Positions 35,901-49,050 of a DNA stretch of 64,000 nucleotides are shown here, piece after piece. Source of the stretch: Takakia lepidozioides (taxonomy: Eukaryota; Plantae; Bryophyta); the NCBI GenBank assembly GCA_030704615.1, contig CM060732.1:22382001-22446000 (forward strand), in the 5' to 3' direction. The notes beneath the pieces are model-generated. The model did not search any database and was not told the origin of the DNA. It was given only the letters and a program-made list of their open reading frames with translations. The stretch's first letter is position 1, and each line of letters begins with the position of its first letter. Both the position numbers and the translations under genes were made by a program.

Positions 35901-38041
35901 AAGATCAATATGAAGGCAAGGAAACCATGCAGCAGTGGAAGTTGAATATCCCTTTGTCAATAACCATATGTTGCAATTATTTCCTGTCAAACATCTTTGT
36001 TGCTTTATTCTTTGGCCTAGTTTGAGAGTAGGCAATGTTTATGGCAAACTCACCAGTGGTTGCTATGGAGGGAGGGCAGCCCACCATTATTACCAATGCT
36101 GAGGGTCATCAAACCACACCTTCGGTACTCTCTTCCCCGGCCATTATACAGTACCATTTTATTTTATCTCTTTAGTGCCAAAACGAAGTTAGGCATAAAA
36201 CTTCCCTGCAGTTTGTGAAATGGGTGAGGACCTTCAGGGCCTATCTACCATCGGCACTAGACTGAAAGTTAAACTCAGCAGGGAGTCTACCTTTGTGGAG
36301 ATGGGTCAAGGCCCCATGTGCGGGTGGCCTGAAGACAATATCCATTTTCTGATACAGTGTCCAGGGTATTATCATGAGAGAGTAGCCCTCTTCTGGACCA
36401 TCAAGAACATAGTTCCTGCTCCCTCCCTACTCCTCTGTTCACCAACTTCACAATCTCGAGGCTACTTAGCCTAAAGCCCTGGCCCTGTTAGGGTCAAATT
36501 GCTGAAAGCAAATTGATGCTTGTATGAAGGGATTTTAGGGGAAATCTGGAAAGCCCGAACCAATTGCTTATACCAAGGTAAGTCTAGTGAGCCTAAGGTA
36601 GTGTCTGATCCCTCTTGTTCCCACAAGGCTACAACAAACAACAACTCATGAGTACATCTCCAAGGGTGTACATTTTTTCCTGTAGTTCTTGTGTCCCTGG
36701 ATCCTTCAGGTTCTTTTGCTGAATTTTGAAAGAACAATTTTATCTTCTAGTGACTGACATCAGCTCCAGTTCTGTCTGATATATATATCTTAATGATCTA
36801 GGATAATATATGTCTAAATAATATATATCCTGTAGTTCTTACAGATTTCCTTTTCATGGGGATGCAAGACAGCTAGGATATTTGCTTAACATTGACAACA
36901 ACCCCTGTAGTTTTTAGACCATTGAATGATCGGTGATCCCAGCCCATAGCTCAATCAAACAATCTGAATCACAAGATGAGTCAGACTTCTCTTTGTTGTG
37001 CCGTTTGTTGCTCTTTGTAGGTGGTTGCATACACAAAGAAGGGTGACCGATTAGTGGGTCAGAGTGCCAAGCGCCAGGTCAGCTTGCAGGGTATGCACAG
37101 CAGGGACAGGGTATGGAGGCTTTGGAGACCTATGATCAAATACTTGATGGGGAAGGGGTGAAGCCCAACCACATCACGTTGCAGCATACGGGTACTTCAC
37201 AGCCATGGCGGCTCTCTCAGCCCCTCCATTGTTTTTTCTTTTGTTTTTTTTTGGCGCTGGGAGAGAGCAGCAGCTCTGCTGTCTCCTTCCCCTTGCTTAT
37301 GCCAATCGTTAAAGTGGAAATTGTACCAGTTGTCATTCTGAACTCTGCCCTGGTGGACATGTATGCCAAATGTGGGTGCAACAAGCCTTATTCGAAAGGA
37401 GAGTTGGGCAATATGGCTGAACGAGATATGGTATTTTGGAGTGCCATGATTGCAAGGTATGTGCAGCATGGGTATGGGATTACTTGGCTTTGGAAATCTA
37501 AGAGCAAATGATGTGGGAAGGGATGAAGCCAGACCAGGTCATGCTCATTTGTGTTTGTAATATGCATATGCAAGCCTAGCAGCAGCCCTGGGAAGGGCAA
37601 AGAGGTTCATGGTGACATTATCAAAGCTGGAATTTTACCAAATGTCGTTCTGAACATTCCCTTGGTGCACATCTACAGCAAATGTGAGCCTGTCAGCCCT
37701 AAAAAGGGCACAAAGGTCCATGGTGACATCGTCAAAGTTGGAATTGTATCACTAGATGTCACTCTAAACACTGCCTTGATGGATATGTATATGAAGGCAG
37801 CCCTGGATCAAGTGGATGTCACTTTGGGAGACATGGTAGCTGGCACCACCATTCTCATGAACTACAAGTTCCTGAATTCATTGTCGAAATGATTTCTAGT
37901 GATGTTCTGTCAATTACCAGATGTCATTCTGAACACTGCCCTGGTGGACATGTATGCCAAATGTGGGTGCATCGAGGATGCAACGGGAGTGTTCAACACT
38001 ATGGCTGAATGAGATGTGGTGTCGTGGAGTGCGATGCTTGC
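32910..38041 (+). pseudogene. PLS-class pentatricopeptide repeat gene relic with internal tandem duplications (about 386 bp period at 34100-35560)
   Basis: Repeated NTALVDMYAKCGCIE.A..VF..MAERDVVSWSAM.AGYAQQG and LEKGKEVH; many stops and frameshifts. Confidence 0.92.
36250..36480 (+). mobile_element. LINE 3' remnant (zinc knuckle)
   Basis: PMCGWPEDNIHFLIQCPGY..ER resembles the non-LTR C-terminal CCHC motif. Confidence 0.45.
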
Positions 38042-38699
38042 AGCCACCGCGCTACCTGTCAGCAAGACAACTCCCAAACCTCCAGTCCTTGACTGCCAGA
38101 ATGGGGTAAGGGTTCCTTACCTACAATTTTCCATTTTGCACACATCGAGTTTGTGTAATGGTGCTTAGACATATTCTTAGCAATGTTACTTTGTTTCACA
38201 TATGTCAATGTTGTTGTTGCTATGATATTGCCTGAAAGCTTGCTCATGTATCTTCTGCCGTTTTCGGGCTGGATGGCAGTTGAAGGTGGGTGACCAAGTC
38301 CAGCCAAGCCAGTGTATGCATCTTCTGCTCAGGCATTTGGAAGTCTACTTAGACATTGCAGCTTTGTGCATTTTTATAGCAGCACCGGCTTAGATTATGG
38401 AACGGATCTCTGAACATTAAGTCACGTTGTATTTTAATCGATGTTCCAATTTCAAATGTGCTTTCATGTTTCAATGGTGTTTTTGCGTGCTTTCAATGGT
38501 GCTTTCATGTTTCAATGCTGCTAGAGTCAGGCCCATGACCACGATCATGTACACGACTACCTCCCATCCACAAAGCCTCCGCCACGTGCCACTTTCACCC
38601 CTCGTGTTCGCCCATACTCGTGCCACGTGCAGTATCCAGAGTGCGCCATGGAAGTCATATGTTCCGGTCATAACGACCACCCCCATCCTGAATAATTTG

Positions 38700-38950
38700 A
38701 CTCCACGTGTGGACCTGGGATTAAACGTCCGAAGTCATACATGCCAGTCACGAAAGAACCTCCCTCTCCATATTGTCATGCCACGTGTCATGTCCCATAT
38801 TCTCCACGTGTTGTCATGGGGTTAATCTGCGGAAGTCATACATGCCAGTCTTGGAAGACCCCCTCTCCTCACCGTGTCATGCCCGGTATTCTCCACGTGT
38901 TGTCCTGGGGTTAATCCGCGGAAGTCGTATATAAGTCATGAAGACCCTGT
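38700..38950. repeat. Three degenerate tandem units of about 90-100 bp
   Basis: CTCCACGTGT...GGGTTAAT...GGAAGTCATA occurs three times. Confidence 0.7.
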
Positions 38951-39091
38951 CGTGAAGCTGACATGGATTTGCAGTCATTTACTGCGGTCTTATCAATGAC
39001 TATGATTAGGCGTCCCCGTTGCCACATCAACAGTGAGCACCACGACTGGCAGATACGACTCTATGGTGCTTACAACTCATTTGTCACAACT

Positions 39092-39410
39092 GACTGGGTA
39101 GACAATGTACATATATTTCAAATCCTAATTATGACTAAGTTACGTTGTAGAGCACCGTCGCTATGGATGAACCAGCCTGCAAACATGGAAGGGGGACGTC
39201 TAGAATGGGGTGGCAAAGTTAAGTAGAGATAGAGACATCTGCTAGGATTGTGGACATGGTACGTTGTCTTGAGGCATTATAATGTTATCATAACATAATA
39301 GTAATGAGACATAAGAAGGTGGAAGGAAGCCTAGTACCATACAGTGGTAGACTAATTAAGAATGTGAGTATCTAGAGATTTTTTTTTCTTGAAATGGGAG
39401 ATAAGAAGGA
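39092..39410 (+). repeat. Direct repeat copy 1 (about 320 bp; copy 2 at 45312-45630)
   Basis: Collinear match from TAGACAATGTACATA to GATAAGAAGGA. Confidence 0.9.
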
Positions 39411-39901
39411 ATCCAAGGGGCAACCCTAGTCCGGCGATGTGAATTCTGACTTGCCGAGCAAGCCCAATACTCAACACGCCGCATTAACTTGGCTTCGGCG
39501 GAGGGCACTCGACCCTCGGTTGTTCTACCCTTCCATGTTTTCATTAGCTGCCTCAAATTCCACGTGGCGTCTTTCGCCCTGCTTTGGATCCACCGATTGA
39601 ACTTCGGCTTGTCCCTGTCCGCCGTCCACTTAGCCCCCGCCAAAGCGTTTGTCATTTTCCTCTCCATATTTTGCTGAAAAATCTGAAACCCCTCCCATCC
39701 ATGCCTAACATAAGCACTCTCCAGCCTCATCATGTCCCTACCCTTGAAATAATCCGCTACCACTTCTTTCACCCTATCCAAGGCATCCAGTCCCGGGTAG
39801 TCTGGCTTGTTGACCTGGCTATCCCGCTCGTGGGCACGTTTTCTCTTCCTCCACCCCCCAGACGATCCCACCCCAGAACTTGAATTCACAACCCCTGACA
39901 T
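39356..39901 (-). CDS. Unknown ORF, probably a truncated transposon accessory gene
   Basis: Open 181-aa frame with a basic NLS-like segment (WRKRKR) and helical composition; the 3' end runs into a repeat. Confidence 0.4.
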   Translation of the reverse strand: MSGVVNSSSGVGSSGGWRKRKRAHERDSQVNKPDYPGLDALDRVKEVVADYFKGRDMMRLESAYVRHGWEGFQIFQQNMERKMTNALAGAKWTADRDKPKFNRWIQSRAKDATWNLRQLMKTWKGRTTEGRVPSAEAKLMRRVEYWACSASQNSHRRTRVAPWIPSYLPFQEKKISRYSHS

Positions 39902-40823
39902 TGTATAAACCTTTGCCCACTACAGGGTCTAAAACCTCAGAAAAATGGCAATGAATGTGTGTGGATGGTGTCTTCGTAGTTTTCTGCAAAAAAACAGGCC
40001 GCCAGAGATCCGGAAACGGCAAAATGGTGATACAATGATTGTACCGTGAACAAGTGTGTGAGACTGACCAATAGAAAACTGACAAAACCTCCCCGCCCCC
40101 CAATAATCACCTTTGCACCTCCCGTTGGCAGTGCCAAGCAACGAAGTCCGAAAGGACTACAGGATGCCAAAGAACCACACCACAAGAGGGGCAAAAGTGA
40201 TCAGAAAAGGAGGGGGGAATGGTTTATATAGGCGCCCACCAACCCCCCCCCCCCAAAAAAAATGGCATTATATTTGAAAAGGCGCGACAGGCCAGTGGCG
40301 CCTCCACGCACACCCACATGGGAGAGGTCAAGGGTTCAAAACCATCTCCCCCCATCCCATTTGTTTCGTTTTTCCTGACCCGTGGCACCTCGCCACGTGG
40401 CTGGCCGAGGCGCCGCTTCATGATTAAAAATAAAAAACAAAACGCCAAACGGCGGGTCCCTGGATTTCTAAGAAAAAAAAAACACGCGACCGCCAATACT
40501 GGCGGACGCTTAATTTAACAAAATATTAAATTACAAGCGACCGCCAATATGGGCGGTCGCTTTTATTAAAAATAATAAATTATATGCGACCGCCAATATA
40601 GGCGGACTCATTTTTTAATATTTTAGAATTAATAAATATTAATAATTGGCCACGTCTGTTTTACACCATGGCTGCCATGTCATTACAAAGGGTAGAAGTA
40701 AATCGTAAAAGTCAAATGTAAAAAAAATTACGTGGATAAACGTCCGGATTCGACGTGACGTGACGCACGTCGAACATGACGACCGACGTGTCAGCGCCAC
40801 GTCACGTCAGGAATGATAACTAG

Positions 40824-41130
40824 GCCAGCAACAGCACGGAAGCTGGGGCTCCCGATAACTGACGTGGGGGCCTCCGTTGAAGTACGTTCTGCCAAATGAG
40901 AGCCACAATTGGCGACAAGGGTGACGTTCAACATCCCTCTCCAGTTAGGGAGTTGGGAGGGACATGAGGACTTCACGATTTGCGAAGTTGATGGAGTTGA
41001 TCTCATTTTGGGGATGTTATTTTTGAGTAAATACAGAGCAGTCATAGATGGCCACAAGAGGTTGGTCATGCTGCCGTGTGGGAATGGTAGTAAAGTTTTG
41101 AGGGTATCAAAAACGCCCAACCGAGTGGGA
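40824..41130 (+). mobile_element. Gypsy protease fragment related to 10427-10735
   Basis: Collinear similarity ([24 protein letters not shown]). Confidence 0.9.
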
Positions 41131-41187
41131 AGACAAAGTTGGGAGCTAGCGGGAAAAAAACCCAAGTCCAAAAATCCATAAAAGGCG

Positions 41188-41540
41188 TTGAGACAATATA
41201 ACGACGAGTGTTTGGCAGTGAAGTTCCAGCATCCGGGTGTTATCTCGTATTTTGTTGTGAATGCACGTGAGGTAGAGGGTTACACTCGCTGGTGGAATGG
41301 GGGGACAATACGCGACATGATGAACCTTGACAGAAAATGGGGCAACGATTCGGACAACGGGGTGATTTTGGAACAAGGGGGAACGGAAGCAGAGTTCCAG
41401 GAATGCGATCGCTTGCTTCGTTTCCGGAAAGTGCGCAGTAAACTTGCATGGGCACTGGTGTGCATCATGGATGCTGTCCACAAGAACGGTGTCCTGCACA
41501 ACGACTTGTCCCCCGACAACATCTTGTTGCATTTTCCAGT
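41188..41540 (+). pseudogene. Protein kinase fragment (N-lobe end through catalytic loop)
   Basis: QHPGVI...WWNGGTI...MDAVHKNGVLHNDLSPDNILL; truncated before the DFG motif. Confidence 0.8.
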
Positions 41541-43612
41541 CCAAGAATCCACTGAAATGGGCGACAACATTGCGAGAGAAGATCAAAGGGACGCCTCTGC
41601 ACCGCAGAGGTGAACACCTAGAGGGGGATGTCCGTACTCGCCCTGTGAGGCGGAGGATTGAAGAGGAACCCGGGTGCGAAGAGGATTCCTGGAGATCCGA
41701 TAGGAACATTCGGACAGCACCTCGAGGTCCCGTCATGTTGCCGCACAATGTGTCTTCTAGCAGTGGAAGCCCAAGAGTTTCCAGATTGCCATCGCCTCCA
41801 AGCGGGGATTCCGTGCGAGAAATTCCCACCGCTCGCTTGCCCCAGATTCCGCCCGCTGTTATGCAGTATGCCAAGCCATTGTGGAGACGACTGTGTCTGC
41901 GTCACAGTGGAGAATTGCTCGCACAAAGGCGGCGTTTCAAGGCAAGTGTTCCGCAATTTGAGTGGATACACGACAACGTTATTTAGAGATGATAGGGAGG
42001 AATCCAGATGGGGCTGTCCCTGCTCCTACTTTTACAGGAAGATTTGTCCATGCAAAGTTTGCGGAGGCGACCACCCAGTTCTAATTCTGCAGGCACGACA
42101 TTATAACTTGCGTGTATGGAAAGCCCAAGTACGGCATACAAACAATGCCAGAGGCTCCCCTGGTGTGGCCGGTGGAACCAGGCTGCGATCTGAGTCAGGT
42201 TGAGGCTGACGCCCTTACTGCCGCAGACTTTCGGATGGTGCAGCGCACTGACATCCCTAGACAACCATTTCCGCTTCCACAGCCTCCACCACCGACCCCT
42301 GTGAGAGCAAGAACAATGGGACGCGACAGCTCTAAGCATCCTACACACCGTTGGGGGAAACCGAAGAGGCGGCGACCTCCCTCAAAAGTGAACGAGACAA
42401 GGATGGGAATGCACTTCGGATGAACTGTACAATCCAGAGCTCGACAGAAGTGCCCCCACCAGGCTTCGGACGTGTGTATCAGATGGCCACGACAGGCTCA
42501 GCTGTTCGCAATGAGGTGTACACCATCACCATTTCAGAATTATCCACCTGCAATTGCACCGACTTCCAGATGATACAAGGGGGCATCATATTGCCCTTGC
42601 ATGCATCTGTACTACGTGTACCTAAAGAGACTCCGAGTAATTCCACAACTCATCACTTCATACATGCACCAGGGTTGAGCCCCCAAGAGGTGCACACTCT
42701 TCTGAATATGGATCCAGGGGACCAGTGAGCTTGGCTTGCGGTCCCCACACAATGGTACGCCCATCCTTTTCGGAGTTTCAGTTATAGTAGAACTGTACTG
42801 CTGCAAGTACCTCTGACTCTGGCCACAGAAAGGTCCGACTTATGTCTTGCCTACCAGTAACCTATTTTGCTCGAACTAAGATAATACTATGTCATTCACT
42901 TGTGTTTCCACGTGCTTGTATTTTTGTTTGTTGGAGGGTTCCTGTTTTTCTGCTCTCCCAAACTTTGTTTTCCTCATTTGACCCCGGGCAAGGAAATGCG
43001 GCGCCGCATTTCCAAGTAACGTCGTAGGTACTAGTAGATGCGGCCTTTGTCATAGCAAGATAGTCGCACCCAGCCTTCAGGGAGCCGACCGTCGCCAACA
43101 CCAAACCCCCCAGAAATTTCGCACGTGCGAACCCTAATGCGGGCACCGCATTTCTCAGTTGAGTCGCAAAGCTTTCCCGCCGAATACCCGAAGATGACAG
43201 AATTGTGAAGTACTGTAGACTTTATTGGTGCAGACTCTATTGGTTCAATCGCGGCAGAAGGGTCAGCTTCATTCCAATGTTAAGGCATGTAAAACCGCGG
43301 AATACTCTATACAGGCCAGTATGCGACGTCTTTTTGCCGTGGTATACTGGATTTCTCGTTGCACGGTCACTCATTTCCATGAGCGGAGTTGTTACTGACG
43401 ACATATCTTCGCCGCATTATAGGATCTGGAACTTCCAAAAACAACAAGGTCAAATAAAAAAACTATTATTTTAATACTTTTGTAATCTGCCGCATTTCCA
43501 AATTTGGAGGAGTCCGCTCATGAAATCCGCGTGTCTTAGACTTCGGCTCATGCGGCTCATGCGGCTCATGGCTCATGGCTCATGGTTTTTGCTCATGAAA
43601 TAGTAAACCTCC
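41540..43612 (+). mobile_element. Truncated second copy of the MULE (transposase 3' part plus terminus), inverted, without the LTR insertion
   Basis: Reverse-complement match to 16012-15271 joined to 8349-7064; ends GCTCATGAAATAGTAAACCTCC. Confidence 0.95.
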
Positions 43613-45212
43613 ACTTGAGTGAGCTTTGAATCTTCTCTTGTTGGGGCAGTTTAATGCTATGTGATCTTCTTCTCCGCAATAGAGGCATAATCCATTCGAG
43701 CGCCGTCTTTGTTTTCTTGTGGCATCAATGGCTTGAATCGGACAGCATCAATCTGCAGGGGATCACTACCGGATGTCTGATGGATCGTTGTGTTTGGTGC
43801 CGTAGTAGCAGCGGCATGATGCGTCGTCGACCATCCAGATCGCTTCTCTTGATGTAAACGATTATCGCATGCAATGACTTGGGTGATGATTTCACTCAGT
43901 GTGCTCACGTTTGGCATTGTCTGCAACAAGTTTTTTATATCATCTTTTAGCCCACATCGAAACTGACTAATGAGGCTCTTTCTCATTCCAGTCGAGATCG
44001 CACGCAAGTTGTCGAAATTCGGCAGCATAAACGGAAGCAGGACGTGCTCTTTGTCGAAGATTTCGCATCTTTGTCTCGGCAACTCTCTCTCTATTATTCT
44101 CTCCAAACGTTGTAGTGAACTCGGACATGAATGCTTCAAAATTATATAGTAAATGCGATTTTTTTTTTCTAATAACGGTGCAAACCAAGATAGGGCAGTG
44201 CCTGATAAAATGGTGCCCACGAATCCCACTTGAATATCTTCATCGGGGCAGTATTGTGGATGTAGTCGTAGGCACAGTCGTACTTGTTGAATAAAACCGC
44301 GAAATCTTGATCTCGTCCCCTCAAATTTCTCGGGCATGCTGATCTTTGGTTCTCTCGTAATCTGTTGAAGATGAACCGTTGCAGTAGGAGCTGTTGTAGT
44401 AGAGACTCGTATGGTTGAAGATCCATTGTTCGACTCCTTTAACTCTGAAATTTGTTGTTGCAAATTGTAGAGAGCATTGTCAAGATCTTGAGACTGATCA
44501 GCTTGCAATTGGGCAGTAGAGTTACGAAGTTCTTGCATCTGGAGCTGAAGACTCTGCAATGTGGCGACCATTTTCGCAAATGTGCCTTCCATCTTAACTA
44601 ATTAAAGAACAAACTTTAGTCTCGCCAAACTGTCAAGGACAAGAACATGACTGAACACAAACAAGAGATCAAACTAGAGGTACAAGACTAGACAAGAAGT
44701 CAAAGTCGGCGTGGCCGAATGCATGATGATGAATAAATAGGAATCGAGATGATATTTAAAACAATGAACAAGAGTAGAAGATATTGGAATACGACTTGAA
44801 TACTGGAATGCTGGAAACTGGACTGGAGTACAGATACTGGAAACTGGGATAGAGTACTGGGAACTAGAAACAAGAGTAGCTTGAACTGGTGTTGGCGAGA
44901 CTGAAGAGTGTCCAGTCTCGCCTCCTATATATACTGGCTACTAGGAGGTTCCCTAAGAGGCTTCCCCAAAGGAGGTTTCTTGATGGAGAAGTTTTCTTAA
45001 ACAAAGGAGGTATTTTGATGGAGAAGTTTCATCCAAATGAAGCTTTCTGAGCAGTTTCCCAAGTTACTCTCGGTAATTTGATAAACTCCCGGTAACTTGG
45101 TAACTAATGGTAACTTATGGTAAATCATGGTAGATCATGGTAGATCACGGTAACTTTTGGTAACTTGGTAACTTCTGGTATTTACTCCCTCCTCTGGGCT
45201 ATGTCCGTGACA
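43613..45212 (-). mobile_element. Truncated Tcn1/Tf1-like gypsy element: LTR 44631-45212 and gag 43657-44592
   Basis: LTR runs TGTCA...TGACA; gag motifs PEKFEGTRSRFRGF, LSGTALSW, LRQ...SVYAAEF and PLQID. Confidence 0.88.
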
Positions 45213-45274
45213 CACCACAGGGGCAGCCCTTCTTGTGTCTCGACCCCCCACCCTCAAGGCAAAGGGCCGCGACA
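45213..45274 (-). repeat. 62-bp remnant of the LTR family at 8350
   Basis: Reverse complement of TGTCGCGGCCCTTTGCCTTGAGGG...GCCCCTGTGGTG. Confidence 0.85.
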
Positions 45275-45311
45275 TACCATGTATTAATTATGATGAGGCC
45301 GGCTTGGAATG

Positions 45312-45630
45312 GACTGCTAGACAATGTACATACATTTCAAATCCTAACTATGACTAAGTTATGTTGTAGGGCACCGCCGCTCTGGGTGAACCGGCCTGCA
45401 AACATGGAAGGGGGACATCTAGAATAAAGGTGGCATATTAAGTAGAGATAGAGGCATTTGCATTGGAATCTTGTGGACATGGTATGTTGTCTTGAGGCAT
45501 AATGTTATCATAACATAATAGTAATGAGACATAAGAAGGTGGATGGAAGCCTAGTACAATACAATGGTAGACTAATCAAGAAGGTGAGTATCTAGAGGTT
45601 TTTTATTCTTGAAATGGAAGATAAGAAGGA
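45312..45630 (+). repeat. Direct repeat copy 2
   Basis: Matches 39092-39410. Confidence 0.9.
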
Positions 45631-46284
45631 AGAAAATAGACGCAACACGATGGACGTGAATAGATTGATTTTTGTGCAAGGTGGTTGACAGCATGAGATG
45701 TACGACACTATACAAAAACAGTCTAGATGATAAAAGCATGGAGACAATTATGAAGTGAATGCTTCTCGTATTATCATAACACTGAGTCTCACTCATGAAG
45801 CTCTTTCACGCAACAAGTGTTCTGAGACATTGCGATCAAGAGCATTAATTATTCATAGAAGAAAACGGAGCCAGAAATATTAGAGTGAATTTCATCTCAA
45901 AATTTTCTAAAACTTACTTGTAAAAACTGATAATATGTATTCAATGCACTCTACGACATTGGCACAAGATCAATCATCGGATCATTGACCAGCCCATTTT
46001 CTATATGAATCGCTTGATGCATAATGCACAGAGCTCGTTGAATCAAGAGGGGAGGTTTTTCCTATCACGTGGTCTACTGTTGTATTCATAAAAATAGGGT
46101 GAAGTTGTATACAATACTTCAGTTTTCTCATTGAATGGAATTCTAAATTTAGATGGAATGTTGCAAAACAATCTTTCAATATGATATGCAATTAAATGAT
46201 CATATGTGAACTAGACAAAGTAGTTTTCTAGATATAATTGCATAGTAAATTATGTAATTATCCAGTATTTATACAGTTCTAAGT

Positions 46285-49050
46285 TTATGCTTTATCTAGA
46301 AGATCACTGCTTTCCAGATAAGCCTTCACGGCAGGGCGAGGTGTAGCAGTAGCGAATAGTGGGTTTTTCAAGTGAAGCACAAACCCATTTCCCTCAGTGA
46401 TATCCATGTCTGCAGGGCTCTTTCCTAAAGGGGGTGTCCAGTCAAATGCGTGCAACATGGAAGCTAATGTCAATTGATAGAAGCGAATTGCTAATGACAT
46501 ACCTATGCAAATGCGTCTTCCACCTCCAAATGGAATAAGTTGATCGTCATTGCCCAAAACATTCAAACCAGAGTTCAAAAAACGCTCAGGCATGAATTTG
46601 TTGGGATCTGACCACACTGCAGGATCCCGTTGAATGGCAAAAGTGTTGAAAATGACCGTCGTGTTTGCAGGAATCGTATACCCTGCAAAGTTAGTGACTT
46701 CTTGTGGATTGTATCGAGGAACACCCATTGCGGCACTTGGGTGGAGACGAAATGACTCTTTCATGACTGCCTGCAGTGCGCCACAAGTGAGAATTGTTAG
46801 TGTAAACGTTCATAAACAAAACCCAAAAATGCTAGAAATAGTTACATGCAAGTAGAAGTTGTGATCAGCTCCATATTATCCTCTTTGAACACTTTGGTCA
46901 TATAGTTGAGCTCCAGTTCAAAATTCCGGAGTTCCCCAGGGCCTGCATTAATCTTCCTAGCACTATAGGAGAGGCTCTTTATAAGTTTCTTTGGGGGATC
47001 GAAGCAAGAAAAAATTGCTATCCCTTACTATAGCTCCAGCTATAATGGGGTCCTGGTCAACCAGTTACTAGATGTGTGGATATGTGGGGCGATGAGTTTA
47101 GAAACCACGTTGTTCTAGTTTGTTTTGGTAAGCGTACTCAACCTTTTCTCCCCCACCTTATAAAGAGTTTTTGCATTAGAGGGAGTTTTGGCAGTATCCT
47201 TAAATTTCTGGATTTCATTGTAAAATTATGATACAACAGTCATGAAAACTCTTGACCATGAATAATTTTGAGCTGGTCGACATAAAAACTCATGACCATA
47301 TACACTAGACTAGCCAAATTAATGCACTCATATACAGATGTTGCTTGTCGTATAAGCTTTGTGGCCATAGACCCAGTGCTGATGAGTTTAGGTGGAACAA
47401 AAGAGAATCTATAGATATATTATCTTTAATGTGAGGTAGGGGACTTACCTTGATATAAATAGTCATAATAAGAGACAGAGACATAGGAACTTTTGCACAA
47501 TATTGGAATGTGTAACTATCGTGCATATAATAAATTTTCTAGATGGTTACAAGATATGGACTCTCATCGGGCAGAAACCACATTGATACCTGTAGGTAGG
47601 GCATCTTGGGAAGGTCTAACTCTTTGACATTCTGGTGAACTCCAACCACAACATCAATCTCTTTTTGGAGTTCTTTCATCACGTGCGGATGTCGAATGAG
47701 CTCTATAAGTGTCCACTCCATGGATGCGATCATATTATCAGAGGCCCCAGACTGCATATCCTGTATTCAAATGAGCATAATATTACATTAGCGTACTCTA
47801 GTTCTAATCAGCGCGTCGTGGCATGTCTATCCCCGACTAGTAGAACCAGGTTGTCAGATATTAGTTTCTTTGTTCTTCATACCTATAACTACTCAATGGA
47901 CTCTCCAACTTATTACATTAATTAATCTATATAATATGTAATTGATGTGTCACGTGTGCTTAAAGTGCTCTCATGTTGTCAATGTTATAAACCCAAGGCG
48001 TGAACTTTATCACATTTGACCGCAGCGATAAATTTGCACTTTCAAAATGAAAGATTATTGTGTAATAGATTGGGGACAAAGCTAGAGTGGAGAAAAATAA
48101 CTTACAAAGATGAGAGACATCACGAGTTCATCGGATAAAGAGTTCTCCATAAGTATATCAGTAAAGTCCAACTGATCTGGACTATGGGTGATCGACCTAT
48201 TTGCCTTGGCCTTTCGGTGCTCCTTCAAAATGTAGGAGCCCATCTCATCAATGATCGGCTTTAGCTGTTTTAAGTTGGCCTCATAGCTCTGTAGATCAAA
48301 CCTCCTCAACATTGGAATTAGGTCGCCAATATTGAGCCTCCCAGCCGTACCTATTACTTTCTCAAACAAGTCTTTGAAAATTTCAAGCTTTTCTTGCACT
48401 TGTTTATCAGCTCTGTACAACCGACCAAGCTGGGTCCTGTACATGGTTTCTACATTGAGCCGTTGCAAGGGAGGATGGATCTCAACTACTTCTCCTAGTG
48501 TTTGGGTTGAATCCCAAAAAGACTTTATCAACTCTACAACCCCTTTATACCGCAGATTTGATGACGCATCCAGCCTTGCACTTGTAAAAAGCTCTGTCTT
48601 ACATATTTGACGTAAGTGTCGTAGCTGAGGTGTGTAGACCATGAGTCCCATGGCATTTGGCAAGTACTTGCAAAATGTGTAAAAAATCGTTGAGGCGGGT
48701 CTTGAGGCAAATGCAAGATCGTTGACTTTGAACAGCTCCCTACTCATCTTCGCATTTGAGACCACTAAGACTGGAGTTGTCCCAAAGTGCATGTACATGA
48801 GGCCTCCATATTTTTTCCAAGCAAGTTCAGCCAGGTTTTTATGTGGTTGCACACCCAAAGAAAACAAGTTGCCCACAATTGGCCATGCGGGAGGACCTGG
48901 TGGTAGTTTTTTCTTGCGCACTGACATCTTTAGACAGATGAAACCAAGAATTGTAGCGGCCAGAAGTGATTGCAACATCCACCCAATCCATGCCTTGCTT
49001 GCAACCAACACTGAAATTGCCGCAGGCACTGTAGAATTCCAACTCTCCAT
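46285..49050 (-). CDS. Cytochrome P450, CYP71 clan, intact; exons 49050-48106, 47760-47590, 46770-46285 (533 aa)
   Basis: N-terminal TM anchor, LPPGP, KESFRLHP (ExxR), PERF and heme motif FGGGRRICIG. Two phase-0 GT-AG introns give an open 1602-nt CDS. Confidence 0.95.
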
